Shown: positions 46,263-57,211, numbered from the stretch's first letter. The stretch is 64,000 bases of DNA from Chitinophagaceae bacterium (GCA_019247775.1 JAFBAN010000248.1:97-64096); one strand, 5' to 3'. Numbers and translations: made by a program. The notes: generated by a model from the sequence alone, not told the origin.

Positions 46263-47433
46263 CAACGCTTCCCATCCAGCCCATTACAACCACCACGATC
46301 CAGCCTGCGATCTGCATCCATACCGGGTGCTGATAACCCTTCATTAATTTTTTCCGGGTACAGGCTATCAGCAATACAGCAAGCGCCAGCGGCAGTATCA
46401 GCCCGTTCACCATTCCCGCAAGCAGCAGCAATTGCCGCGGTTTGCCCACCAGCAGGAATACCAGGGTTGAGATAATAATAAAAATGGAAATACTTGCCCG
46501 TTCATATTTTGCGATCGCCGGATGCAGTGTTTTCAGAAAAGAGACCGAAGTGTATCCTGCGCCTATGACCGAAGAAATGGCAGCGCCCCAGAGAACCACA
46601 CCGAATATCCTGAATCCGAATTCACCTGCCGCAAAACGGAATACACTGGCGGGAGGATTATCATGATCGAGCACAGCGCCGTGCGAAAGCACACCGAGTA
46701 CTGCAAAGAACAGGATGAAACGCATCAGTCCGGAAATAAAGATGCCGCTGATGGCGCTTCGGTTGATGGCTGAAATATTTTCTTTTCCTTTTATGCCTGC
46801 ATCGATCAAACGATGTGCGCCGGAGAACGTGATATACCCGCCCACCGTTCCACCCACAATGGTAACGATGGCCTGGGCGCTTAGAGTTTCGGGTACGAAG
46901 GTGCGGTGCAGGGCCTGCAGCACGGGCGGATGCGAACTGATGGCGATGATCAGGGTAAGCAGGATCTTTGCCGTACCTGCAATGCGGGTGAAATTATCCA
47001 GCATCTTTCCCATCTCCCTGATCCAGAACAGCAGCAGGGCAGCCACGCAACTGATGATGGCTCCTGTCTGGAACGATACGCCGGTAAGCACATTCAATCC
47101 CAGGCCGCAACCGGCGATATTGCCGATATTGAAACTGAATCCGCCCATTACCACCAAGGCCGCAATCAGGTAGCCAAGTCCCGGCAGCAGCCGGTTGGAA
47201 ATATCCTGCGCCCGCAGTTCGCTAACGGTAAGTATGCGCCAGGTGTTCAGCTGTGCACCCACATCAAGCAGAAAAGAAACCAGGATCACAAAACCGAAGC
47301 TCGCCATGAGCTGCTGTGTGAAAACAGTTGTCTGCGTAAGAAAGCCCGGACCGATGGATGAATTGGCCATCAGGAATGCAGCACCCAGGCCAACCCCGCT
47401 GACGATGGGTAGTCTATTCTTTGATGATGCCAA
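46237..47433 (-). CDS. NRAMP-like transporter (YcsG-like) linked to pxp genes
   Basis: GAAFLMA, IGPGFLTQT, FNIGNI and GGTVGGYI. Start uncertain (TTG at 47433). Confidence 0.85.
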   Translation of the reverse strand: MASSKNRLPIVSGVGLGAAFLMANSSIGPGFLTQTTVFTQQLMASFGFVILVSFLLDVGAQLNTWRILTVSELRAQDISNRLLPGLGYLIAALVVMGGFSFNIGNIAGCGLGLNVLTGVSFQTGAIISCVAALLLFWIREMGKMLDNFTRIAGTAKILLTLIIAISSHPPVLQALHRTFVPETLSAQAIVTIVGGTVGGYITFSGAHRLIDAGIKGKENISAINRSAISGIFISGLMRFILFFAVLGVLSHGAVLDHDNPPASVFRFAAGEFGFRIFGVVLWGAAISSVIGAGYTSVSFLKTLHPAIAKYERASISIFIIISTLVFLLVGKPRQLLLLAGMVNGLILPLALAVLLIACTRKKLMKGYQHPVWMQIAGWIVVVVMGWMGSVAILDWLKT

Positions 47434-48154
47434 TCTGATGTTTTTGTAAGGTTTGAAAGATCGCTTCGGCAAATGCCAGCGCATGTTCGCCGTCGCCATG
47501 TATGCAGATGGTTTCGGCAATGATAGGCACCTGCAGGCCGCTGACACTGCAGACAGTGTGTTCGCAGACCATCTGCAATACCTGTTGCAACGACTGTTCC
47601 GTACTTCCGATCATGGCGTTGAGATGCGAGCGCGGAGTAAGACTTCCATCATCCTGGTAGCTGCGGTCGGCAAATACCTCGCTGGCAGTCTTGAGACCGC
47701 TCCGTTGCGCTTCTGAAATGGAATGACTGCCGCTCAGTCCGAACAATACCAGCTGCGGATCGATCGCATACACGGCTTTGGCAATGGTATTCGCGATCAG
47801 AGGATCTTTTGCCGACATGTTGTACAAAGCGCCATGCGGTTTAACATGCCGCAGTGCTGTTCCGTTTTTTTTCGCTATCTGCTGCAAAGCCATTACCTGG
47901 TCGACTACCAGATCGTAGATCTCATTCAAGGGCAATTTCATTTCAGTTCGTCCGAAATTCTCCTTGTCATTGAATCCCGGATGAGCACCCACAGCCACCT
48001 CGTATTTCAGCGCGAGTTCAACGGTACGCTCCATGATAACGGCATCGCCGGCATGATAGCCGCAGGCGATATTGGCGCTGGTGATATAATGCATCAGTGC
48101 TTCATCGTTCTGAAGACCTTCGCCCATATCGCAGTTGATGTCTATTAGCCGCAT
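47414..48154 (-). CDS. pxpA: 5-oxoprolinase subunit A (LamB/YcsF)
   Basis: INCDMGE, ANIACGYHAGD, HVKPHGALYN, EVFADR and TICIHGD. Confidence 0.95.
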   Translation of the reverse strand: MRLIDINCDMGEGLQNDEALMHYITSANIACGYHAGDAVIMERTVELALKYEVAVGAHPGFNDKENFGRTEMKLPLNEIYDLVVDQVMALQQIAKKNGTALRHVKPHGALYNMSAKDPLIANTIAKAVYAIDPQLVLFGLSGSHSISEAQRSGLKTASEVFADRSYQDDGSLTPRSHLNAMIGSTEQSLQQVLQMVCEHTVCSVSGLQVPIIAETICIHGDGEHALAFAEAIFQTLQKHQIGIIKE

Positions 48155-48182
48155 ATTGTATGGCGGGGTTGATGCAGGCATG

Positions 48183-49169
48183 TTAACTGTTCCGGATGGA
48201 CACTAAATATTCCTGCAACCGGAAGGTACAGGCATTTTGCAGTTGTTGCAAGTTTCGCTGCTGGCTGAGAAACAGTCTTTCGGCAGCAGCAATATCGGTG
48301 CGCACAAACCGCATATCCTCACCAGGGCGCATTTGTGAGAGTGAGGGCTGGTGCGCCGTGATCACATGCCCTATACGGGGATAACCGCCGGTTGTCTGGT
48401 GATCGGCCATTAATATGATAAGCTGGCCGTCTGGTAATAGTTGCATGGTGCCGCGGGTGACAGCCGTGGAAATGAGTTCACCACTCATGTTTGAATGCAG
48501 GGCCGCGCCTTGCAAACGGTATCCCATCCTGTCGCTTTTGCGGTTGATGCTGAAACAGGCTTCCTGCAACTGGGTTTTACTTGCCGCATCGAGAAAATCG
48601 TATTCAGCGCCGGGCAAAAACCAAAACGATGACTCGATGTATAGTCCAGATAGGTTCGCCAGCCAGGGCAATGCCTGAGAAGGACGACCGGATAAAGCGA
48701 TGGTATTGCGGTACGCGATCCGATCATTCTTTTGCAGGGCCCGCCCGCCATGACCGCCGGCCCCGGCTTTGAGATGAGTGCTGTAACTATTCAACCATGC
48801 ATCGGCCGCAAATCCGCCACGCACCGCCAGGTAAACCCGGCAGCCTGATACCTGACGCACAAATTTCAAAACGGATCCTGCCGCTGCGATTACAGGATGA
48901 TGCACCGCCAGTTCCTGTCCGTTTAAAGTAGCGCCGAAATCTGCGCCTGCAAGAGAAAAGATCGTAGGCTCTTCAAAATTTATTTCCGCTGCGGGAAAAT
49001 GCATTTCGATCACCGGCGCGGCGGGAGGATTATCCACCAGCATATTCGCCACCTGCATGGCAACAGTATCCATGGCGCCGCCGGGATTAACACCCCAGTG
49101 CTGAAAGCCGTACCGTCCCGCATCCTGGATGGTATCGAGCAGCCCGGATTTAAGAATACATAGCGCCAT
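48183..49169 (-). CDS. pxpC: 5-oxoprolinase subunit C
   Basis: TIQDAGR, GGAMD, DRMGYRL and DHQTTGGYP. Confidence 0.92.
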   Translation of the reverse strand: MALCILKSGLLDTIQDAGRYGFQHWGVNPGGAMDTVAMQVANMLVDNPPAAPVIEMHFPAAEINFEEPTIFSLAGADFGATLNGQELAVHHPVIAAAGSVLKFVRQVSGCRVYLAVRGGFAADAWLNSYSTHLKAGAGGHGGRALQKNDRIAYRNTIALSGRPSQALPWLANLSGLYIESSFWFLPGAEYDFLDAASKTQLQEACFSINRKSDRMGYRLQGAALHSNMSGELISTAVTRGTMQLLPDGQLIILMADHQTTGGYPRIGHVITAHQPSLSQMRPGEDMRFVRTDIAAAERLFLSQQRNLQQLQNACTFRLQEYLVSIRNS

Positions 49170-49878
49170 GTTGCTGCAGGTTATTGAATTCAGTAATATC
49201 GATAGCATAAAATTGCACTTCATCGCCCGGCTGCAGTAATGCAGGCTGGGCACGATGGGCGTCAAACAGCCGCAACGGCGTTCTGCCCAGCAGTTGCCAG
49301 CCGCCGGGCGATTCAAAAGGATAGATCCCGGTCTGTTCGCCGGCGATGCCAACAGATCCGGCGGCAACGGAAACACGGGGCGATGAGCGGCGCGGTGTGG
49401 CGATCTTTTCATCCACACTTCCCATATAAGCGAATCCCGGAAGAAACCCAAGCAGGTAAACGCGATAAGAGCGGGACAGATGCAGCGCAATCGTTTCGGC
49501 AACAGACAAACCGTGCGCATCTGCAATAAAGGAAAGATCGGGACCGAATACCGGATCATAACAGACCGGTATTTGCACCTTTCGCGAAGCCGTTGTTTTC
49601 AGTTCGCAGGCCGCTATCGCCTGCTGCATTAGAGTGAGCGCCTGGTCGTAGGCGGTAGTTTTGTTTTCTGAACCTGTTAGTTGGAGAAGGTCATATACCA
49701 CTGTCAGCGTGTGGTAAGAAGGGATAAGATCTTTTATCCAGGGCAGCCGGCGATCCTGCAGGAATTGAAAAAGAGCGATCACCTGTTGATTGATCTGCCT
49801 GTCTATGCGATTGCCCAGCTCCAGGGTAAGCGCATGGTCGCCGCAGGGATAGAACCGGTAGTCCGTGCTGGGGTGCAT
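49150..49878 (-). CDS. pxpB: 5-oxoprolinase subunit B
   Basis: PSYHTL, PVCY, GFLPGFAY, QTGIYP and SPGGWQLLG. Confidence 0.93.
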   Translation of the reverse strand: MHPSTDYRFYPCGDHALTLELGNRIDRQINQQVIALFQFLQDRRLPWIKDLIPSYHTLTVVYDLLQLTGSENKTTAYDQALTLMQQAIAACELKTTASRKVQIPVCYDPVFGPDLSFIADAHGLSVAETIALHLSRSYRVYLLGFLPGFAYMGSVDEKIATPRRSSPRVSVAAGSVGIAGEQTGIYPFESPGGWQLLGRTPLRLFDAHRAQPALLQPGDEVQFYAIDITEFNNLQQHGAMYS

Positions 49879-49898
49879 GGCACAAAATACACAATAGC

Positions 49899-49995
49899 TG
49901 CGAGCCGCGAGCTGGAGCTTCGGGCAGACTATCATGAATGAAGGCATTCATCACCCTGTCGTTTGCTCGTAGCTCACAGTGCGCGGCTCGTAGCT
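49899..49995. repeat. Heptamer-like agctgcg/gctcgta repeats in inverted arrangement
   Basis: agctgcgagccgcgagctggagc versus gctcgtagctcacagtgcgcggctcgtagct. A similar unit occurs at 51765-51803. Confidence 0.55.
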
Positions 49996-50700
49996 TCTCA
50001 ACGCCAGTTGCCTTATTGAAAAGATATGAAAGCTGTACGCGATCACCACCAATATGGCAGGCAGGTAAATAAAGGGAAATTCTGTAACAAGGGTATTGGC
50101 AGGTCCATTGAGGAATTTCCGAAAAGGAGTGGGCATTGATAAGACTGCGATCACGAGAATATTGAGCAGCAGTAACAGGCCGATAATGTTATAAGCGAGT
50201 ACAAGCTGCCGCGAATACTTTTTCTTCAGCAGAATGGCTACGACCAGGGCGAGCAGGCCGCTGACGATATCGAAATTATAGCCTTCAAAACTCATCTGTA
50301 CAGGCAGCAGGTGCAATACAACGGCGCGGAACAGCAGCAGTTCTACCAGGATACGAAATGCCTGAATACCGATCAGCCACTGGGGCGGTGTGATCTTAAG
50401 CAATGCCGTTCCATTTTTTGAAAACGCCGCAAACAATACCAGGGGCAGCGGCAGCAGGATAACGAACATGGGCCGGGGCGGCAGTTTGCTGAAATCTGAA
50501 AAGAACCCTTTGATAGCGAGAAAACCCACCAGCATGATCCATGCAAAAATGGAAGCTACCACACGCGTGAACACTTTTTGTTGTTTGATCCTGCTCCAGC
50601 CTGTCCGGGGCAGCAGTTTCGCCAGGCCGATCACGATGGTAATCACAGATCCGAGCGAAAGCAGGCTCATAAGGGCGGCGGCGATTAGTTTCTGGTCCAT
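49951..50700 (-). CDS. Hypothetical integral membrane protein
   Basis: About 7 TM segments with QAFRI, GYNFDI and FPFIYLP. Confidence 0.8.
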   Translation of the reverse strand: MDQKLIAAALMSLLSLGSVITIVIGLAKLLPRTGWSRIKQQKVFTRVVASIFAWIMLVGFLAIKGFFSDFSKLPPRPMFVILLPLPLVLFAAFSKNGTALLKITPPQWLIGIQAFRILVELLLFRAVVLHLLPVQMSFEGYNFDIVSGLLALVVAILLKKKYSRQLVLAYNIIGLLLLLNILVIAVLSMPTPFRKFLNGPANTLVTEFPFIYLPAILVVIAYSFHIFSIRQLALRSYEPRTVSYEQTTG

Positions 50701-50757
50701 AAAAGATATTTAGCGCAAAGATGGAACAGGATCATCAGGCACAGGTAGCCATTCTTG

Positions 50758-51705
50758 CTAATTTACGGCAAGTCTGTACTGGCTTGGATAAACTCCCCGG
50801 TGCTGCCGGAACAGCCGGCTGAAAGAATTGCTGTTCTCAAAACCCAACTGCAGGGCGATATCTGCAATGCTGGCAGACGAATGCTTCAATAAATTTTCGG
50901 CCCTGCTTATCCGCAGCTGCTGCAGGCACTGGTAAGGCGAAACTCCATACGCCAATCTGAACAGGCGCAGAAAATGGAATTTCGACAGGCAGGCCGCCGA
51001 AGCGATCGCATCCAGGTCAATGGCGCTGTTGTAGGCAGACTGGATATAGTCGGCCCCGAGCGATAGTCTTTTGTATAGCTCGATCCTGGTGGCCTGCTTC
51101 AACGGCGGTATGGATTGTATCTGCCGCAGTATGCCCCGGTGTTGCTGCAGCAGGTAGAATAAAAGCCCGGCCAGCTTTTCTTCAAACAATAATTTGTCAA
51201 AGCCTGCCTCCTGTCTGGCAGAACGGATCTCGTTCACCAGCGCATCGAATACCGCATCCCGCCGGTACAATTGATTATGAAAGGCGATGGTTGGTATGTT
51301 CAGCTGTTTTCCCTGGTTCAATAAGGTATCGGAAGACTGCATTACCCCGGCAAAGAATTGTTCCGAAAAATATTCGCCGATATGAATATTGAAAGTTTCG
51401 GTAGTCGCGTTATTTTCTATTTCAAGGGTATAAGGCTGGTGGCGGTTGGAAATAAAATAATTGTCTTCACCCACTACTACTGTCCGTCCATCCACTTTAC
51501 ACCGGCTTTGACCTTGCAGGTTAATGAATACCGACAGCGGCCCCGCAATATCCGGCCGGAAGGTTTCTTTCGATTTTGCGTTGATGACCACACTCGGAAA
51601 CCCTTCGGTATCCAGTTGCAGGTTACCAAGTCCCCGCCGGGACCTGAAATTCTCCGCGATCCGGGCTTTGAGCCAGCCGAGCTCAGGAAATTGCGTGGCG
51701 ATCAT
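50758..51705 (-). CDS. AraC family transcriptional regulator
   Basis: C-terminal SKFHFLRLF and LGFENSNSFSRLF double HTH. -7 box at 51710-51717. Confidence 0.93.
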   Translation of the reverse strand: MIATQFPELGWLKARIAENFRSRRGLGNLQLDTEGFPSVVINAKSKETFRPDIAGPLSVFINLQGQSRCKVDGRTVVVGEDNYFISNRHQPYTLEIENNATTETFNIHIGEYFSEQFFAGVMQSSDTLLNQGKQLNIPTIAFHNQLYRRDAVFDALVNEIRSARQEAGFDKLLFEEKLAGLLFYLLQQHRGILRQIQSIPPLKQATRIELYKRLSLGADYIQSAYNSAIDLDAIASAACLSKFHFLRLFRLAYGVSPYQCLQQLRISRAENLLKHSSASIADIALQLGFENSNSFSRLFRQHRGVYPSQYRLAVN

Positions 51706-51788
51706 GCTGCAAAGTTATTCTTCCGGGATAAGGAATGCAATGGTTTTGGGTTGAATGGAAGAAGAAGCTGCGAGCCGGCAGCTAAGAG

Positions 51789-52610
51789 CTAATAGCTGGC
51801 AGCTTCCTCTTCAACCAGAAGCTCAAACAACCGGCGACTCAGCTCATTTGAATGGAAAGAAATATCGTCAACCTGCTGCACCGGTATGATCCGCTTGGTG
51901 GAACTGCTGATAAATGCTTCCCGGGCAAGACGCAGGTCACCCAGGCTGATGCTGGCTTCTTCGATGGGAAGATGATGGGCAGCGGCCACCTTAAGTATCT
52001 GCTTGCGGGTAATACCGCGAAGGATATTGGCAGCCGGAGTAACGATCCTGTCGTCTTTTGTAACGATAAAAAAATTGGAGCGCGGGCATTCGCTTACAAA
52101 TCCGTTCTGCCGGTAAAGCACATCGTCTGCGCCCTGTTCTTTCATCCAGGGATACAGCCATACCGCCATCAGGTAATGCGTGGTCTTGATCTCGGGCATC
52201 TCGCGCTGATATTCGCAGGTGACCAGTTTGTATGGCGAAGGCAGCTGCGCCGGTGGCGGGGCAAGCGGCTGCTGGATAATGGTAAGATTCGGCTGTACGA
52301 TCTGGTACCCATCAGGCGAAATACCGCCGGTAAGCAGGATCCGCAGGCCCGCATCTGGCAATTGGTTCTGTTTAATTAACCGGTCGATGGCCTCTTTCAG
52401 CTCATCTTTTGTTCGTCCGACCGGAAGCCGCATTTTTTCGGCTGAATGATAAAACCGCTCCAGGTGGTCGTCGAGGAATAGCGCCCGCCCATTCGTCACT
52501 CTTACAAAATCGAAGATCCCATACCCCCGCTGAATGCCCAGGTCGCCAACCGGCAGGCCTGCGCTGTCCAGCGGAATAAATTGTCCGTTTAAATAGCAGA
52601 TCAAATCCAT
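51789..52610 (-). CDS. Aminotransferase class IV (D-amino acid/branched-chain type)
   Basis: RGYGIFD, PLP Lys in EIKTTHY, ECPRSNFF, LRGITR and AFISSS. Confidence 0.9.
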   Translation of the reverse strand: MDLICYLNGQFIPLDSAGLPVGDLGIQRGYGIFDFVRVTNGRALFLDDHLERFYHSAEKMRLPVGRTKDELKEAIDRLIKQNQLPDAGLRILLTGGISPDGYQIVQPNLTIIQQPLAPPPAQLPSPYKLVTCEYQREMPEIKTTHYLMAVWLYPWMKEQGADDVLYRQNGFVSECPRSNFFIVTKDDRIVTPAANILRGITRKQILKVAAAHHLPIEEASISLGDLRLAREAFISSSTKRIIPVQQVDDISFHSNELSRRLFELLVEEEAASY

Positions 52611-52731
52611 ACTCTGTGTACCTCTTTGTATTCTGTACCTCCGTGGTAAAATCTCCGCGCCTCCCATTCCTCCAGGGCATCATTAAAACTACGCAGTTCT
52701 TTCTTACCTTAAGGGCCTATTTAAACTGCTT

Positions 52732-55700
52732 ATGAAAAAGATCTTGATGTTGCTGGCCATCCTGACCAGTGTTTACGGTATGGCCCAGGTAAACCCGGGC
52801 TGGTTGCGTTATTCCGCTATCTCTCCCGATGGCAAAACCATCGTTTTCACCTACAAAGGCGATCTCTACCGTGTGCCCAGCGCCGGCGGTACTGCCACCG
52901 CGCTCACCATGCACGAGGCGCATGATTTCATGCCGGTCTGGAGCCATGATGGTAAAAACATCGCGTTCGCCAGCGACCGGTATGGCAATTTCGATATTTA
53001 CATCATCCCTGCAGAAGGCGGAGAAGCCCGGCGCGTGACCTTCCATTCCGCGCAGGAATATCCATATGAATTTTCAACCGACGACAAGAGCATCATTTTC
53101 GGCGGTACCAGAATGGATCTCGCCAGCAACCGTAGTTTCCCCACCGGCTCTCAGCCGGAACTGTACAAGGTAAGCGTAACCGGGGGTCGGGTAGAACAGG
53201 TATTGAGCACGCCTGCCGAAGATGTAAAACTGAGCAAGAACGGTCAGTACATGCTTTACCACGACAAGAAAGGCGGCGAGAATAACTGGCGTAAACACCA
53301 GACCTCAGCCATCGCCCGCGATATCTGGATCTACGACAGCAAGGCCGGTACACACCGCAAGATCACGTCGTTCGCCGGCGAAGACCGGTCGCCGGTTTTC
53401 AGTGATGGCGACAAAGCATTTTACTACCTCAGCGAAGAGAGCGGCTCGTTCAATGTTCACAAGATGAATATCGATGGCGGTAAATCCACGCAGATCACTT
53501 CCTTCAAAAAACACCCGGTAAGGTTCCTGAGCATGTCAGGCGACGGAACGCTTTGTTTCAGCTATGACGGTGAGCTGTACACAATGAAAGGCGGCAGTCC
53601 GAAAAAAGTGAACATCAGTATCGCCGCCGATGCAAAGCGGAACAATGAAAGCGTTGTGCAGGTAACAGGCGGCGCCCGCGACCTGGCCGTATCGCCCAAT
53701 GGAAAAGAAGTGGCTTTCATTTTTCGGGGTGAGGTATTTGTGACCAGTGTGGAAGGCGGCGTTACCAAGCGCATCACCAATACACCGGAACAGGAAAGAC
53801 TGGTGAGTTTTTCTCCCGATGGCAAATCGCTGCTGTACACCTCCGAGCGGGGTAATAGCTGGAAGATCTATGAGACCAGAAAGCTGCGCGATGAGGAGCC
53901 TTATTTTTATGCGTCCACCGTATTGAAAGAAACGCCGGTGATCGTGAACGAAAAAGAAAATTACCAGCCTGTTTACTCGCCCGATGGCAAGGAGATCGCT
54001 TATATAGAAAACCGGATGACGCTGAAGATCTACAATATGGCATCCAAGCAATCGCGTACGGTACTCACCGATCAGCAGCTGTTCTCCATGAGCGATAATG
54101 ACCAGTATTTCCAGTGGAGCCCCGACAGCAAATGGATCCTGTTCGACTATTCAGTACCGGGTCTGGCTCCCGGCGAGGTGGGCATTATTGCCGCAGATGG
54201 CAAGGGTAAGCCGATCAACCTGACAGAAAGCGGGTTCAACGACAGTCGCGCCAAATGGATCATGGGTGGTAAAGGCATGCTCTGGTTCAGCAACCGCGAC
54301 GGCCTTAAATCGGTGGCCCAGAGCGGCGGCGCGCAGAGCGATGTGTATGCGATGTTCTTTACCCAGGAAGCATTCGATCGTTATAAACTGAACAAAGAAG
54401 ATGCGGCCCTGCTCAAAGAAATGGAAGACAATAAAGCGAAAGCGGATACAACAAAGAAAAAGGAAACAAAAAAAGATACCGTGCAAATCGATTGGGATGG
54501 ACTCACACAACGCAAGGCTAAACTTACCATTCACTCTTCTTCGTTAAGCGATGCGTTGGTAAGTAAGGACGGTGAGAACCTGTACTATCTCGCCCGGTTT
54601 GAACGGGGCAGTAATTTATGGACGACCAATCTCCGCACCAAAGAAACAAAAATGCTGGTACCGCTGAATGCCGGCGGGGGTAGTATGGTCTGGGATAAGG
54701 ACCAGAAGACCATTTTCCTCGCTACCGATGGCGGCATTTCCAAAATAGATCCGGCCAGCGGTAAGCGCGATCCCATCAGCATTAATGGAGAGATGGTGCT
54801 GAATACCGATGCCGAACGCCGCTTCATGTTCGAGCATGTGTGGCGCAGGACAAAGGAAACATTTTATACCGCCAGTATGCATGGGGTAAACTGGGACAGT
54901 TATAAACCCGACTACGAAAAGTACCTGCCCTATATCGGCAACAACTACGAGTTCTCCGAAATGCTCAGCGAGATGCTGGGTGAACTGAATGTCAGCCACA
55001 GCGGTTCCAGCTATGGCAATGCGTTGCCGAATGGAGACGCAACCGCATCACTGGGTGCGTTCTATGATCAATCGTACCGGGGCAATGGCGTGAAGATAGA
55101 AGAAGTGATCAAGGAAGGTCCGCTGGATAAGGCAGGCCTGAATATCAGGCCCGGAATGGTCATCGAATCCATCGATGGCGAACCGGTTACGGCCGATAAA
55201 GATCTTGCGCAGTTCCTGAACAGGAAAGCGAATAAGAATACGCTGTTGACGGTCTCCGATAATGGAGTTAACAGGGAGCTGATCATCAAACCTGTTTCGC
55301 TCGGTGAGGAATCGCAGTTGCTGTACAAGCGCTGGGTGCGACGCAACCAGGATGAAGTGGATCGCATGAGCGGCGGCATGCTGGGTTATGTTCATATTCC
55401 CGGCATGAACGATGGCGCTTACCGCACTACCTATGAAGAAGTGATGGGCAAATATGCCAACCGGAAAGGCATGGTGGTAGACACGCGCTTTAATGGCGGC
55501 GGCGACCTGGTAGCGGATCTGGCGATGTTCCTCAGCGGCAAAAAATTCATGGACTATACCACCGATACCCGCAGCAATGGATATGAGCCTAATTTCCGGT
55601 GGAGCAAGCCGAGTATTTCGCTGGCCAATGAAGCCAATTACAGCGACGGGCATTGTTATGCGTACACTTACCAGGAACTCAAACTCGGTAAACTAGTGGG

Positions 55701-55929
55701 CATGCCCGTACCCGGCACCTGCACTTTCGCCGGCTGGGAGAGCCTGCAGGATAACAGCATCCGCTGGGGCGTACCTCCATTGGGCTGCAAGGCCATGAAC
55801 GGCCAGTATCTTGAGAACCATCAGACCGTTCCGGATATCCAGCTGATGAATGAGTACGATGTGGTGATCAAAGGCAAGGACCAGCAACTGGAAGCGGCGG
55901 TGCGTGAGCTGATGAAGGAAATGAAATAA
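52732..55929 (+). CDS. Tricorn-like S41 peptidase, secreted
   Basis: Signal peptide, PD40 beta-propeller repeats, ELNVSH, PDZ region, DTRFNGGG and catalytic NYSDG. Confidence 0.93.
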   Translation: MKKILMLLAILTSVYGMAQVNPGWLRYSAISPDGKTIVFTYKGDLYRVPSAGGTATALTMHEAHDFMPVWSHDGKNIAFASDRYGNFDIYIIPAEGGEARRVTFHSAQEYPYEFSTDDKSIIFGGTRMDLASNRSFPTGSQPELYKVSVTGGRVEQVLSTPAEDVKLSKNGQYMLYHDKKGGENNWRKHQTSAIARDIWIYDSKAGTHRKITSFAGEDRSPVFSDGDKAFYYLSEESGSFNVHKMNIDGGKSTQITSFKKHPVRFLSMSGDGTLCFSYDGELYTMKGGSPKKVNISIAADAKRNNESVVQVTGGARDLAVSPNGKEVAFIFRGEVFVTSVEGGVTKRITNTPEQERLVSFSPDGKSLLYTSERGNSWKIYETRKLRDEEPYFYASTVLKETPVIVNEKENYQPVYSPDGKEIAYIENRMTLKIYNMASKQSRTVLTDQQLFSMSDNDQYFQWSPDSKWILFDYSVPGLAPGEVGIIAADGKGKPINLTESGFNDSRAKWIMGGKGMLWFSNRDGLKSVAQSGGAQSDVYAMFFTQEAFDRYKLNKEDAALLKEMEDNKAKADTTKKKETKKDTVQIDWDGLTQRKAKLTIHSSSLSDALVSKDGENLYYLARFERGSNLWTTNLRTKETKMLVPLNAGGGSMVWDKDQKTIFLATDGGISKIDPASGKRDPISINGEMVLNTDAERRFMFEHVWRRTKETFYTASMHGVNWDSYKPDYEKYLPYIGNNYEFSEMLSEMLGELNVSHSGSSYGNALPNGDATASLGAFYDQSYRGNGVKIEEVIKEGPLDKAGLNIRPGMVIESIDGEPVTADKDLAQFLNRKANKNTLLTVSDNGVNRELIIKPVSLGEESQLLYKRWVRRNQDEVDRMSGGMLGYVHIPGMNDGAYRTTYEEVMGKYANRKGMVVDTRFNGGGDLVADLAMFLSGKKFMDYTTDTRSNGYEPNFRWSKPSISLANEANYSDGHCYAYTYQELKLGKLVGMPVPGTCTFAGWESLQDNSIRWGVPPLGCKAMNGQYLENHQTVPDIQLMNEYDVVIKGKDQQLEAAVRELMKEMK

Positions 55930-55931
55930 AT

Positions 55932-56057
55932 CCTCCATGGAATTCTGTGTGCTCTGGGCCTCTGTGGTGAGATGCGATCGCATCTGAATAGGAAATCTTT
56001 TTTGATGATGATCTCAATTCACCACAGAGACACAGATAGCACGGAGTTTCACAGAGA
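55932..56057. repeat. acacagag-type palindromic element
   Basis: ctctgtggtgaga...tcaccacagagacacaga. Confidence 0.8.
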
Positions 56058-56115
56058 ACGCCCGGGCCGCTATGTTAAACTACTGGCTTATTCCGGCAAT
56101 TGATTAAATTTAATC

Positions 56116-56448
56116 ATGCGAATACTGCTAGGCCTTGTCATCCCAGTATTGTTGCTCTTACTTCCGCTGGCATACCAGGTAACATTTACCCGCAGGCGTC
56201 TCAGGCATAAAACGGACCAATCTATACTGGTTACATTTATCTATTCAATGTTCAGCGAGGGGTTGGTGTCAATAGCCGCCTCGTATATTGCCATGTTCGG
56301 ACTTGAATGGGGGAGCGTGGAAGTGAAATGTTTGACCGGTGTATTTGCTTACGTATTTTTCGGCCTGGTGATCGCATTTACTTTGATGCCGGTTATTGCA
56401 CTGGCTGGCTGGTTACTGCAGTGGCATCTGCGCTCCAAAAACGCCTAA
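56116..56448 (+). CDS. Hypothetical membrane protein
   Basis: 3 hydrophobic segments; no family recognised. Confidence 0.65.
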   Translation: MRILLGLVIPVLLLLLPLAYQVTFTRRRLRHKTDQSILVTFIYSMFSEGLVSIAASYIAMFGLEWGSVEVKCLTGVFAYVFFGLVIAFTLMPVIALAGWLLQWHLRSKNA

Positions 56449-56452
56449 TAAC

Positions 56453-57211
56453 ATGCGGTATTTACTGTTTTTACATGTTATCCTGTTTAGCCTGTCAGCA
56501 TCGGCGCAGGTAAAGCCGTTTGCCCGGTATGCGTTTGAGAAAGGAGGTTATGCCATCGTAGGGCTGCATTCGGAAAGCGATCCCAATGCATTGCAGGCTT
56601 CGTTGGGCGAGTTTTATACAGACGATATAGCGCTGATGAATGAGATTAAAAGGAGCTGGGTCTTTACAAAGAAGATCCCGGTGAAAAACTGCGGCTATCA
56701 TTATTCCATCCAGGTAACGCATCATGGGAAGATCGTACAGGATATGCTGATCAACCTGAACTGCAATATAATATCGTCAGACAACGGCTACTACTATTTC
56801 AGCCCCGAAAAACTGGCCCGGTTAGCGCCGCGGTTGAAAAAGCCGGTTATCATCACCCAATCATTCAGGACCAGAGCAGAAGGCATTCGTTTCATAGACA
56901 GTTCACTGCACGACAAGCGCCTGCTGCTCAGTTTTGAACCGCTATGGATGCAGTACGAGGGAAAATTTGCGGCCAGTTACCGGCTCGCAGGAAAATTGCG
57001 CCAGGAAAAATCTGCGCAGAAAAGCCTGGAGAGCGCTATCCGGAAAAAATACCCGGCCGAAAAATTCCGGCTTAGCTGGCTTGCATCAGCCAAAGATGTT
57101 TATGATTTTGATATCATCTGCAACCAGTCATTGTTCAATCGATACACGCTCACCGCAAAAAAGAACTGGAAGCCTTACATCCCTGAGGTAACAATGGCCT
57201 GGAGGCCCTGA
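56453..57211 (+). CDS. Hypothetical secreted protein
   Basis: Signal peptide ending SASA-Q; 4 nt after the previous gene. Confidence 0.75.
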   Translation: MRYLLFLHVILFSLSASAQVKPFARYAFEKGGYAIVGLHSESDPNALQASLGEFYTDDIALMNEIKRSWVFTKKIPVKNCGYHYSIQVTHHGKIVQDMLINLNCNIISSDNGYYYFSPEKLARLAPRLKKPVIITQSFRTRAEGIRFIDSSLHDKRLLLSFEPLWMQYEGKFAASYRLAGKLRQEKSAQKSLESAIRKKYPAEKFRLSWLASAKDVYDFDIICNQSLFNRYTLTAKKNWKPYIPEVTMAWRP

